From: Iphione sp. A-MEVVRFRX5
Lineage: Eukaryota
Direction of reading: 5' to 3'
DNA: 64,000 nt
Assembly (NCBI GenBank): GCA_976226885.1
Contig: OZ320313.1
Coordinates: 113,088,001-113,152,000 of the forward strand
In this document: in pieces, positions 14,101 through 26,702 of the stretch
Layout: every line of letters starts with the position of its first letter
Position numbering within the stretch: the stretch's first letter is position 1
Made by a program: the position numbers and the translations under genes
Notes under the pieces: generated by a model
Databases searched by the model: none
Told to the model about the DNA's origin: nothing
Seen by the model: the letters and a program-made list of their open reading frames with translations, nothing else

Positions 14101-16903
14101 ACCGTAAACACAACAATGCAATCTGCCGCGTCCCACTGTAAGCGGCCATTGTTTGAGGCATGTCATGGGATACCTCTGGCTGAAAAGATTCCATGTCTTT
14201 TTTAAATTTTAACATATTCCATTGTTAGCATTAATGATAGGAAAATTGGATATTCGTGACAGGAACACACATGGACAAGATGAGGAACGAAAACCTTACT
14301 ATCGTTGGCACTTACGGGACGAAGAACGCGTCAAGTAATTATCTTTTAAGTGACATACTCTTTCTATAGAGAAGGAGACGAAACAAATGCGAGAGCTGCC
14401 ATCCTTTGTCTCTGAATAGACACATTATCGACAACGACTGAAGATACAACAGGAGTTCACAAACCGTGAAGCTATAATCATATGATCGCATGAAATCACT
14501 GATAATGTGTCTAATCGGTTTGCTTCTGTCCTATAAATATCCCTCTGGCGATTATGGTCAAACAAAATTAACCCTGTACAAAATGTCACCTGCTTTGGTA
14601 CATGTGTCAATGATACAAATACATGAACTTATTTGCGCATGGAAAGCGAAAGTGCAAGAAAACACTTTTACATTCTGGAAAGTCCCTGATAGGACAGCAA
14701 TTTCGATTTAGAATACAAAACGCACATTGGGAGTGGAGGCTTTTCTTTTATCTTCAGAGCAACGAGTACCAAATAGGAGGAACAATTCCAGTTAGACAGT
14801 CTTCGCATATACGTATATTTCACAGTCTCGTCTTACATATGTAGCCGCAACATGTATGGATGTACCATGTTTAGACATAACATTTAGACACATAAATGTG
14901 ATGTTGATCGGTTGTTTACCAGTTTTCCGACACACAGATGTGCATCTCGACAGGTGATAAGTTAATTTCAACACAAGCATTTACCAATTTCTGCCCCCGA
15001 GGTCACTTTGTCCCTTGTTGATACATGTACATAGAAAAGCCAACATGCACTCTGGTGTGGGAGCATCCATACTAATGCACCTCTGTGAAAAAGATCGGAT
15101 ACATGGAAAGATGAACTTAGTCTGATGCTTCTGACACCCGTCGCAGGAAGGGTTTTTATGCTCTACATTTCGAAGCAGAGTTTCATTCCCAAAACTGCAT
15201 GCTCGCTATTTTTGCAACTATTCTGCTGAGTATTGGAGATCAGGACATCCTTTTATATCTGCTGACAGTAGTTCACTATGCGTCATTCAACTGTTGCCAG
15301 CTTTCTGAATATCATATATATCAGCAGGAAGTATGCAGTTTAAGGTCGGTTTGTTTCAGGTCATGGCCGTTCCTACTTAAATGTGGCGATGGAGAACAAT
15401 TTGAAGGCTTCCCAGAATCACAAAGGAAAAACAGAAGGTCAAAGTGCCAACTGTATGGAAATGCCATCCCATTCCGACGTATTAGGCCACATGAAATTGC
15501 TAACATTAAAACTCATCGAGAACGTTAAATGTGATGGGTTTAATATAGGAAGTAAATATAAATGTCCAGAAGTTCCTGTCATATGCCATCATTTAAAAAA
15601 AGGAAAAGTTCTTCACGAGCATCAGGATACTGTTATCATCAATGTTCCAATGTTATCGACAATATAATGACTGGAAAGTATACATTAAGATGACTGGGGG
15701 TGCAATTAAATTTTAAAAAATTAACAGGACTCGTACTCATTCCAAGGGTCAACAAGATTAAAATTTTAATCACAAGCAGCAAGCAATCGATCATCAAGGT
15801 AAAAATGATCGTTTCTCGGACAAACGGAAGGATTTCTAAGTTATCTTTCATTTTGAAATCATCTCCTCCTTAGTACTTTATATCCCGTTCTATATTCTCA
15901 AAACCAATCATTGTAGTCTTTGTAATATGCAGAATGTACAGTGCAAACAAACTGTGTTGTGTTGCTTGTGACATAAAATGTGAAAACGGCGATGTGTGAT
16001 GTACAGACATGTAACCGAAGCCTTTGTACAAAGGCAAAGGGTCAACAGAGGTAAATAGTAGTGAGCTATCAGAAGCCATCAGACACACGTAGAACATACA
16101 TACTACCCTGGAGTTCAGTGCTACTATACATAAATGCCAGTAACGCATCCTCCCGAATTGGCATGTTCAGCTAACAATCACTCATCATGACAGGTCTGTC
16201 TGAAAAGACACGTCTAGGTACGAGGTCGTGCACGCCAAACCTCGTGTCATTTTGTAGATTGGTATCTCTCTTTGGAAATAGGTAACATCCGGTGCAGACT
16301 TATGAAAAAATAACAAATTACTCAATCGAAATTCGCCAAACCTGTTACACGGTTGTTATGGCATAGATACGAGCGATCAGGACAGGATTCCGTTTTCAGA
16401 CTCGTGTTGCATGTACATATCACTGCTTGCCTAGGTGAGTTTTTGCACATTTCATCCGGCTAGATTTGTGGACTGTCTACGCCACGGATTATTCATAATG
16501 CATTCAGTGCCTGTATCCGGGGTCCCTGAGTCATGCACACGCAGTCATCAGGCGATGTATTTTGCCCCAGACTTGGACAAACTTCTCCAGACTGAGTCAG
16601 GACCGGTTATTTTAATCGAAGACTGGCATTAGATCGCCACGACCACAGGAGCTGTGTTTACATGATACACCCATGTAATCTCAGGTCCAAGCCCTACAAG
16701 TAATTACTGTGTAATTGTGTACACTGTTTAAAAATAACCCCATGATCAAACGGACAGCCGAACAGGGTTGAAAGGTACATAAATGAGCACGTATTTGAAT
16801 GCTGCTGATAGAAACACTGGGACATAGCGACAAGGCGGCGACTTCACACCGAAGTTTTCACTGATTCACTTGATTTAACAAATCGACATATCATGGTGAT
16901 AGA

Positions 16904-16905
<2 letters not shown>

Positions 16906-16983
<78 letters not shown>
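16906..16983. repeat. (GA)n microsatellite, about 39 units
   Basis: Direct inspection. Confidence 0.97.
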
Positions 16984-16988
<5 letters not shown>

Positions 16989-18490
16989 GACAGAAAGGGA
17001 GACATACAAAAGGGAGAGGGGGTAGATGAGGGAATGCTGGAGGGGGAGACATGCGATGGATAGCTTTAAACAGTTTCGAGGGAGAGGGATTTGAATGAAG
17101 AACTTTTTCTGATACGGTGGTCTAGCTACCAATGGCACAAAAATAAATGAGACACTTATGACATGTACCGGTCCGCACCACCAAGCACACGTATACAGAA
17201 ACATGCTTTCCTAAGCATATATTAGGAGGCCATCATATTACTTGTGCATGTTCAGAATAGTTTGACGAGGTACGTCGAAAGTGCTGTCTACCCTAGACTA
17301 TAAGAGAGGAACGCTTTTCGTTTATACGTAGGCTCAAGCTTTGGTAGGTTATGAAGCAGAGGTCAGCGGGGCAATTAGTCACAACCAGATAGGACGATGG
17401 TGCTCAGTGGGGCAGACAGCTCCAGAGAAGAACATCGTGAAGCCAACATGATGAGGTCGCATCACAAGACTTAGCCCGCGGTGATAATCAATCACTGTAA
17501 AATGCCAGCGACTGATCACTGAATGTGTCGTCCTGGTTCCTCCTCATCAAGAGGGTATCAACGAAAAGTCATCACTCATGTGGTTGGCACGCGGTCAACT
17601 TTAATAAGTTGGGCCCACAGACCGCACAAGACGACACGCAGACAGGGCTAGCTCACCGTCCAAACCTAGCACCCCCCTGAGGGAGACTCGTGTGCCCGAC
17701 CAGAGAAGTGACCCCTTGATGAGCTGTGTGACCCCTGTACTCTGACCTCTGCTGACTTGCATTATACCCATAGTCTGAACTCTGTTCCCTTGCATTATAC
17801 CAGAAACAGCTACATGGAGAGGTCAGCGAAACAGATGGTATTGCAGGGTTGGACTTTCCTGAGGACCAAAGGAGAGAGGTTCCATTTTACTGCCTTCATA
17901 CCAAAGCATTTCAGAAGTGTAATAGCAGCCGAAAAAAGCAACTTCAAGTATAATGGCAAAGTTTTCTACTTAAGTTCCATCAACAAGTGGCCTTTCAACG
18001 GACCCATCACATCAATGTTTCCCGCATTCATAAAAGATTTTTTTTTGTGATGTCACAATGGAGAGCATGACTTGTCATAACAACGGCAGTTACAGTGGAA
18101 TATTTTCACATTCATCGAGGTAGCATCAGCTGGTCGAAGACACTTCCATGTTTTGTCTATAAAACGAATTCACAAAAGACGAAAGGGTGAAGGGGGCCCG
18201 ACTGGGAGTGAAACTAGCGTACTTCCGTTGTGTTTTTAAAGATCATCCATAATTCCATATCTTAACAATGATCTGAGACACATTCAGTGCTGTCTTAAAG
18301 ATACCTAGCAAATATAGGTATATGCAGTATCATATGGCTCAAACACCCTTTTTGGGTGTCGTTCTACTGATCTTATGTTGTTTTGTGTGTGTGAGTACGG
18401 GGGGGGGGGGGGGGTTATGCATGGTAGCTTCCAGAATGGGCAGTTATACATGGCAGCTTTCAACCTCCATTTTCAAGGTGGCTATTGTGC

Positions 18491-19158
18491 TGGGAAAACC
18501 CAAAACTTGGCATGCACACCAAAATCAGTGTCTACAATGCTTGCATCTTGAGCTCACTCCTCTATGGCAGTGAAACTTGGACAACATACTCACACCAGGA
18601 ACGCAAACTGAATACTTTCCATATGCGCTGCTTGAGAAAAATACTCGGCATTTCCTGGAGCGACAAAGTCTCAAACCAAGAAGTTCTCACAAGAACAAAG
18701 TCGACCAGCATGTATACCATCTTGAAGAAGCGCCGACTTCGTTGGCTGGGACACATACAGAGAATGGAAGATCACAGAATCCCCAAGATCATTCTGTTTG
18801 GGGAACTGGCCTCAGGAAACAGACCAATAGGACGGCCCAAGCTTCGCTTCAAAGACCTGGTGAAGAAAGACCTCCAGGGCTTCAACTTGAACCCCCAATC
18901 TTGGCAAGACCTTGCAAAAGACCGCACCAAGTGGAGAGCCTCCTTGCACAGAGGAGCTACGACACTCGAAGTGACTCTTAAACAACAAGCAGAAGAAAAG
19001 AGATCACGCAGGAAAGAGCCAAGCCGTGTTCTGATACCCGGACACACCTGTGGGATGTGTGGCAGGACATGTCTATCAAGAATAGGCCTGTACAGCCACA
19101 GCAAAAAATGTGCAAATCCATAGTCTACAAGACTGAAGGAGGCCAACTAAAAAAAAAA
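18491..19158 (+). mobile_element. 5'-truncated RTE-clade non-LTR retrotransposon (C-terminal part of the RT ORF, 3'UTR, poly(A))
   Basis: Uninterrupted ORF WENPKLGMHTKISVYNACILSSLLYGSETW...FHMRCLRKILGISW...RRLRWLGH..RM...GRPKLRFKD...W, with a terminal CxxC-x12-H-x3-C finger (stop at 19123). Short 3'UTR, poly(A) 19149-19158, and ATTGTGC on both flanks (18484-18490, 19159-19165). Confidence 0.93.
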
Positions 19159-20051
19159 ATTGTGCACAAGTATATAAAGCTGAGCTATAATGTAAAAATA
19201 TGCAATTTAGATTGGAAAAAGGACTTGTGCTTTGAAGATGACCCGGCCGACCAAATAACTAAAAAGAATCAAAAGACAAAAAAGAAGAAGACGTACCATA
19301 TTGCATTCAATCCTCTCGGAGAGAATAAGAGCCAAAGAGAAGAACGCTATGTTGGGGCTCAAGGTATACAGTGCTGCCATCTGATGCTACCGAAACACAG
19401 TGAACAGCCGCACCATCATTTACCATGTGTTCACTCTTCCCTTAAGACAACTCATTGAAAATACACACGCACATTTTAAAGTAATAGGTCACCGGGAGAA
19501 GTTTGTTAATGACATTAGTTATATTCAAATCACATTTCTACTGGTCAAGGATCAAGCGAGTGATTACTGCATGCATTTAACATCACGGCCATCGGCGATT
19601 ATTTACAACTTGAATGATCGTCTGAAGCACATATACACTCGGGTAGCCAGCATAATTTTGGTGAGAATAGAGGTAACATGTTCTTAGTATTAACTCATGG
19701 TGTATGTAGCCACAAGGTCAAGATAAGCTGTCATAAATCAATGTGTCAGACAGCAGCATTCCCATCACATGATTTAGTGGTATATATACACGTATATTTA
19801 TCTATATGGGGTGGCAAAATTCACCAAAAAGAAAGAAATGGTACACGAATACGGTACTGTTAACAGTATTCCCAATGAAGAGGCTACAAAATAAAATACT
19901 TGTACCTTCCCTAAGGTCTAGTTTCCTTGTTTATGGATTTTTTCTCGCACTGCATGTCAAGTCCAGAAAACAATCTATTTTCCAGACAAGTACGGAGACC
20001 CGGTTTTTTTTTTGCATACTCCTTGCTACTGTGGAAAATTGGCCTATGGTC

Positions 20052-20195
20052 NNNNNNNNNNNNNNNNNNNNNNNNNNNNNNNNNNNNNNNNNNNNNNNNN
20101 NNNNNNNNNNNNNNNNNNNNNNNNNNNNNNNNNNNNNNNNNNNNNNNNNNNNNNNNNNNNNNNNNNNNNNNNNNNNNNNNNNNNNNNNNNNNNNN
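20052..20195. other. Assembly gap (N run)
   Basis: Ns in the sequence. Confidence 1.
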
Positions 20196-20340
20196 GTTGG
20201 TAGAAATTTTGTGGTTTATCCGTAGAGGTTGAGGCATATCAGTTGAAATTCTGTGGTTTTTAATGAAGATTTAGGCATATCAGTCAAAATTGTGCAGTTT
20301 TTCGTGGAGGCTGAGGCATATTGGTAGAAATTGTGCAGTT
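20196..20340. repeat. Degenerate minisatellite, about 41-bp period, abutting the gap
   Basis: aaatt(t/c)tgtg-like cores at about 20203, 20245, 20286 and 20327, each preceded by ggcatat. Confidence 0.7.
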
Positions 20341-20950
20341 ATTATACAAATCATATGCATATTAGATAATTTTTTACATTGTGTATCACATGATACACAG
20401 TGTGTATCCAACTGAAAACTTCCATCTTTCTATTCTAATCCTGTGTGTGTGTGTGTGTGGTGCGGAAAAAAATGAACATTGTCTGTTTTCTATCTCTGGC
20501 ACGGATACATGGAAACAATCATGTTCAAAGTCATAGTTTCGTTCTTTTCTGTACCACGCAGTCCGTGGTCTGGGCAGAAAATCTGTACACAAGGAAATCA
20601 GGCCTGGGCCTTAATGTAAACGACAGTGAATGGATCTGTTTGATCAACTTTGCAATCAAATAAACAAAATATCGTCTTAATATAATTACTACATAAATAT
20701 GTGTATTAAAGGAATCTTGTCACTTCAAATAATGAGCAGCGTCTTTTTAAGAAGAGAGTGTGGACCTGTGAGTTCTGTTGTTCCCTGCCATCAAGTGCCT
20801 ATTTCATGCTTCATTGCACCTGCCGTGGTCAGATTTTGTGCATGTGTGTGCATGTGAGTGTACCTCAGTAGCTACAAGGCGGTAGTGGCAGAAGGGGGTA
20901 TTAGTGAATGGCTGTGTGTGAGTGTATTATTAGAGCTACAAGCGCCTTTG

Positions 20951-20952
<2 letters not shown>

Positions 20953-20986
<34 letters not shown>
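20953..20986. repeat. (GA)n microsatellite
   Basis: Direct inspection. Confidence 0.95.
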
Positions 20987-20993
<7 letters not shown>

Positions 20994-23111
20994 AGGGAGG
21001 GTTGTAAAATAGTACCTTGTACTTTGACCCCTCTTGCAAGTTTACAACCCTCGGTTCTGCTTGACTGAACAGAGGGGTAGGAATACACCACTCTGTGTAC
21101 AAAGTAGGGCCACATATGTCATATGTTTTTTTTTTAGTAATTTAAGCATTTTACATACACAATAGTTGAATAATTATCCTTCTTTTGTCCTACAATATCA
21201 TTATGCATGAAGTACTAACAAAAATAATGTATATTGGTATAATCATATCAGAATGACATGGCAGCCCCCATGGCCGGACTACTTTTGGGCAGCGTTTTAT
21301 ATAGGTAGTGTAACAAATAATCGAATATGTCCAATCTGTTAGAAAAGTTGCATCTGTTAGCAATGGAGTAAATTGACAATTTCACCTTTAGCATACTTGA
21401 ATAACTACGAAAATTATCCAGTTCTATGGGTGCATGTACATAAGTGTGATATATCATGATCAGTTCATTTGACTAGAGAGTGTGACCACAGGTCGGATGT
21501 TTGGACAGCAGTATTCCTAAGGTCCCTGCCTCCTCTGTCTATGAGGCGAGGGACAAGAAAAAGTGAAAATGAAAAAAATGGTATATCCCAGTTTCTTAAG
21601 TTCTAACATATAAATCTGGATGAGACTATCCTGATATAAAATGGCCTTGTGTGCTCTAAAAAGAATGGTTAGGAATAATTCACACCTTTACTATTGGTAA
21701 GCTGATGACCCCATTCAAACACCGATAATGCCGTGTTGCTTCTTTTTAGGCAAAACCACTTGGGTTAAGGTAAGTTTTATCTGATCTAAATGATAACTGG
21801 AAAACTTGGTGCACTCTGAGATACTGGTATATAATATATTTTTTTCAAAGTGCCAGCACTTTCCTATGTCTGACACCACTGATCTTCGGAATATGCTACA
21901 TAGCAAAAATCTCTCTCTATATGGTACACATGTACTGAACTTCTAGGTTTTGTTACAACCAGATGCTTTGACAAAAATGAGAATTTTTACAGTTTTTGAT
22001 AATGTACAAACTAAGACAGTACACATTTACTTCATACTGGGTGGTATCATCTGTTGCTTACATGTGTAAAAAGTTATATAATCCTATGTTTATTCAGTTG
22101 CAGATTATCAGCTTGCAGCATGATCATTTAATCTAATGGTGACTACCAGTTTCCAGATTAATGTTATACCAGTACTTGAAATATAAAAACGATACCGTAC
22201 TTACTTACAGAACATATATGTATATTTCACATTTACATATTAAATACATGTACTGGTACTTCAAAATTGAATTTAAGCTGCTATGATACAAAGTTAATAT
22301 ACCAGCATTTGAATTGGTTCATCCAAGTTTGCTCTATACACACAAAAAAAATCTGGCAATGTTCAGTGTCAGTTATAGTTCCATAATGAACCTACCAGGA
22401 GCAGTTGGTAATGTAAATACTACCTGCATGATCCGCGTTTCTCTTGTTCGAACCCCCTTTTTGTTGGAAGAATTAAATTTAGAATTCTGTACTGTAAGTA
22501 TGACTATGTGTATGCTATTTTCATTCACGTATTTTATGTTTTGTTCCATCCCGATCACTCACCTTGAATAGCCCCCTAAAAACAACTTTTGTTCAGGTAC
22601 GGTATACAGGTAACAATGCCTACCTGTAATCTACGGTGCATCAGACACGAAAACTTCAGTCCTTATGTCATGGTCGAGCAATTGATGGTAAAATATGAGC
22701 AATAATCCCGTGAAGACCGCAGTATTCAAAATATAAACATCCAACAAAACCTGGACGATAATTTGTGCACAGGTGAGAAATCAGACCAACATGATGACAG
22801 TGACGTCACTTGTGATTGATCGCGCATGAATATAATTGATCAACTATTGATTAGTAGTAATTTACAGAAACATATTAACGAAAGTATGTAAATTGTCTCT
22901 AAATACACTGATACTCTACAAGGCCAATAATTCTAAGATTGAGTTATTTTTCTGTGAATTGTTCAACGCGATGCCCTGAAAGTAGTTCCTCGCTGCGGAA
23001 TACAACTACCTGCTTTGTGATTTGGGTACTTCCGCTTTGGCAAAGGGAGCAACGAATGAGAGAGGGAATGTAACCCGATGGCCTGAAACCTTAATTTATG
23101 ATATATTGCAA

Positions 23112-23151
23112 ATGTCAAAGTGCCACAAATGTGGAAAACCCGTGTATTTTG
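23112..23151 (+). CDS. RASSF2/4/6-like: LIM-RASSF gene, exon 1 (MSKCHKCGKPVYF)
   Basis: CRIP-type LIM start (cf. CRIP1 MPKCPKCNKEVYFAE); phase-1 donor G|GTAGGT. Confidence 0.9.
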
Positions 23152-23789
23152 GTAGGTATTAGTTTTCTGTGCTTTATGTACTAGCTGAATCAGTGAAATG
23201 TACGCCTGTAGCCTGATTTAAGGTGCTCGGTGCGAACGATGCAAGATGACAGAGATTGAGACCGGTGAGAGCGAGATCGATGCATGAACAGTACTGAAGA
23301 GAAACGTCGTGCATGCAAAACTTTTTCCTCATTCAATTGGAATACGTAAATAATTTTAAGTCAAAATGCCGCATGGGAAAGCTAGTGTTTATTCACTGTT
23401 TTAGGTGACACTGAGTTGTACTAATCATGCAAGTAAACGTAGACCTACATCACTTCCTCTGATATTGAATTCTGAGACTCGGTGAGAGAGAAACAAATTC
23501 AACCTGAAATGGCTCGTAATGAATGCTCCCAATATGAAGTGATATGAATTGAAGGAACACATCTACTTTGTCAACAGAGGTATACCTGCTTTTCCCACAT
23601 GCAGTGGGACCTTGCTATTCTGGACATCAGAGGGACTTTGACTAGGTTTCCATGTTTTTGATTTTTTCTCCATATTCAGGGCAGTCTGGCACATTTACCT
23701 GATTTTCCAGACATTTTCAGACACTAACGACAAGGAGTTTTCCATGTGTACAAAGCTTTCTCTGTCCAGAACTGTCTCCATATGTGTCC

Positions 23790-23960
23790 TTTGTAGATAT
23801 GTGTGTGGGTTTTTGTGGAAATTGAAGCATTTCTCTAGAACTTTTCGTAATTTCTGTCCACAATACAGCACATTAGCGGAATCTGTGTGGTTATTGTTGA
23901 AATTGAAGCATATGAGTGGAAATTATGCGATTTTTGTGGAAATTGACCAATTGCATATAA
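23790..23960. repeat. Degenerate A/T-tract minisatellite
   Basis: Recurrent gtggaaatt / gaaattgaagcat units spaced about 20-40 bp apart. Confidence 0.55.
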
Positions 23961-24776
23961 CATAGAAACATAGCGTTGCAAGCTTCGTAATTATGTTGTT
24001 TATATAGTCACCTAGCTCGGGATAGCTGAAATATTAGGAAGCGGGTTAATGTCTTAGGAAATGTGTACATTTTCCCCCATTGATATATCAAATTCACCAG
24101 ACCACCGTCTTCTTGTTAACTTCACTGCAACTTAGGATTTTCTCCTCAATTTCAGCACAAATAATTTTTTCTCAAATTCACTACAAGTCATGTTTCTAGT
24201 CCCCAACTTTTTAATCTCCTTGTGACTGTCCTTACACCGCCTGCATGTCTGAATAGTTCAAAGACAGTGTCGTCCCCCTTTCCTTGTGACTTAGATGTGT
24301 GATGTTGGTAGCATTGTCCTGGGTGCTCCAATGAAGCTACATGGTCCTCCTGCCTTTCCTGCAAAACTCTTCTGGCGATTGTGTCCCTCCCATTTTTCGC
24401 AATGCCTCTTAGAGGTGTGAATAGATGTAAGCAATTGCCTATATTGTCCGATCACTCCCGTCTGAAACTCATTTTTAAAAAGTCTTTATTTGGTAACTGT
24501 GATTTCTAGTTCAGGACGAATCTTTGTGTTCTGTTTAACGGTGTTATCCGAAGAAATACACAAGCATATATCCTAGTAGAGTCTGTAGATATATGATGTA
24601 TAGCTCCGTGCAGTGTGGAACATGAAGGTGCTAATGATCTGTGTGATTCGATATGAGTTCACATACAAGTCCATTCTCTGGAGTAGAAGATGAGTAATAC
24701 CAAGAGAAAATATACATGTATCTGTTTGTTGGGATGCACGTAAAAAGTGGATTTGATGCTAACACTGCTGAACCTT

Positions 24777-24936
24777 AATGGACCGATCGCCAGCAGCAAA
24801 AGAAATGGGTAGTGCAGACGTAACTTTTATGAAATTGGGACATAGTCGCAATTCTAAGCGATTTGATTGGTCTAGTTTCATTAGGACGCCACCATTAGTA
24901 AAAATTACGTCTTTCACTGCTGGCGATCGGTCCATT
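24777..24936. mobile_element. MITE-like element, 160 bp, with perfect 20-bp terminal inverted repeats
   Basis: aatggaccgatcgccagcag (24777-24796) and its exact reverse complement (24917-24936), plus an inner imperfect IR agacgtaactttt / aaaaattacgtct. No target-site duplication visible. Confidence 0.6.
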
Positions 24937-26084
24937 GGTATCACTATCAGGACTAGCCAGTGGAACAGCATACTTTTGTGGTACTGGATTTTGGCAGTCA
25001 GTACTCTTTACCATTACAAGGAAGCCTCCAGAACTGTGTATGATACACACATTCCCTTATAGCAATAAATTTAGGTTAACCGCATATTAATATATAAATA
25101 ACCACAAGGAACATAGTCTGCCCTCAATACCTTGTCTGTCATAGCACTACCCCGTGCATCACCCTCACGCTAACATTCCATCTACATAATTTCATTTTTG
25201 TCACAACCATATCACCTGTAAGGCTCACCGTGTACAGACTGGATACAATTATACGGAATGTATAAGATAACCAGTGGAAATAAAAATTTAAAAAAAAAAA
25301 AAAAAAAAAGCCTCAGCTCAATGTCACTTCGGATCGATTAAAAAATGACCCAGAAGTCAGTCTTTTGAGGGATTGCAGATTTCTTTATGTGCATCTGTAT
25401 CGCATGGTCAAAGTACGCCAGGCCACACCCACACCTTCATACAAGGTTCCTACCCGTGTAATGAGAGCGAGGTTTTCATCGCAGCGTCATCAAATAGTCA
25501 AGTTTCACTGCCCAGTGTTGGTATTTCGAAATCTCGACCGGCCAAATACCGACCGTGATTTACATTCTGCACTGAGATGAAAATGAAATCTGCACGGAAG
25601 CTACAACATTTTGAAAAATCATATCCCTTTTGGGATAATTGAACGGTTAATGGCTTTTAACCATTTTGAACATATTTAACAACTTTATTAACGTACGTCA
25701 AGTTAAAAGCTGAATGTGTATGTAAACGGAAATTAAATGCTTATAAGGGAAAGAAGTAAGACTGTGTGAATAAATATAGCGAATGAACAGAACATGACAA
25801 GGATGCTTTGGACTGCTTACATTCTATTTGGTTTGGATTTAGATTTAGTCATTCGGATGCATCAGTTTTTACCCATGGAGAAATGACATGGAAAAAGAAT
25901 AACGGCACACATATGTATGTATGTTTTGCTGTGTATACTTCTTGCTCTCATTGATAAATCTGCTACCTGGCGTGTCCTATTTTTATCCCTAAGTAGACCA
26001 GATTTCAGAAAAAAATGAATATAGCCGTATGCATCTTCTTGATACTCTGCCATCAAAATCAGCTTGGAAACACAGGTGCCTACA

Positions 26085-26143
26085 TAGTCTTCGGTGATAT
26101 TTCTTAATCATTGCTGATGATTCCACTCACTGGAGAAAGACTA
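26085..26143 (+). ncRNA. Putative type III hammerhead ribozyme with a non-canonical core, in RASSF intron 1
   Basis: Stem III tagtct/agacta; NUH = CUU; stem I cggtgat/atcattg; CUGAUGA core; extra U; stem II tcca/tgga; GAAA. Folded by hand; activity untested. Confidence 0.45.
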
Positions 26144-26607
26144 GCATTAAGTATTCCCGATGTAACTGGTTGGTCGGTGTAGTTACAACACCCTTGGGAA
26201 ACACTGCTAACTGTTATTCGTTCCACACAGTATCGGGGTGCATTTGTATACATTGAGGATATCCACAGTCAATCCTCCCTAATCCTCCCGTGTCTCCCAT
26301 ATCCCATATATTTTATCATGTTGATTAATCAACCTTTAGTAACAGTACATGCCAGCCGGAGGAGTTGAAAGTAGGTATTGTGTGAGATTACATGTATGAT
26401 CTTTTCAAGTTGCAGAATCGGCCTCTGTAAATCACATGATATGCTGAGTAGAGGAAAGTTAGACTTAGCTAGACTTAAGGGAGATATCCTTTTGTAGTCT
26501 CTTAATAATGGTATGTAAATGCACATATTTAGACAGGTTAAGATACACAATTGAATCACTTTGTGTATGGCGCTTTTCAATCAAAACTTTTTCATTTTGA
26601 ACACCAG

Positions 26608-26702
26608 CCGAGCGTCGTACGTCTCTAGGTAAGGAATGGCATCGACAGTGTTTACAATGTGAGGAGTGTGGAAAAGTCCTGCATCCGGGTCAACATGCAG
26701 AG
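26608..26702 (+). CDS. RASSF2/4/6-like: LIM-RASSF exon 2 ([32 protein letters not shown])
   Basis: Acceptor ccag|, donor GAG|GTTAGT; LIM HxxCxxCxxC; phases 1 to 0 are consistent with neighbours. Confidence 0.92.

Noticed and set aside
23285-23315. CTGAAGA directly followed by GAAACGTC
   Set aside because: No stem II and no stem I pairing, so it cannot form a hammerhead.
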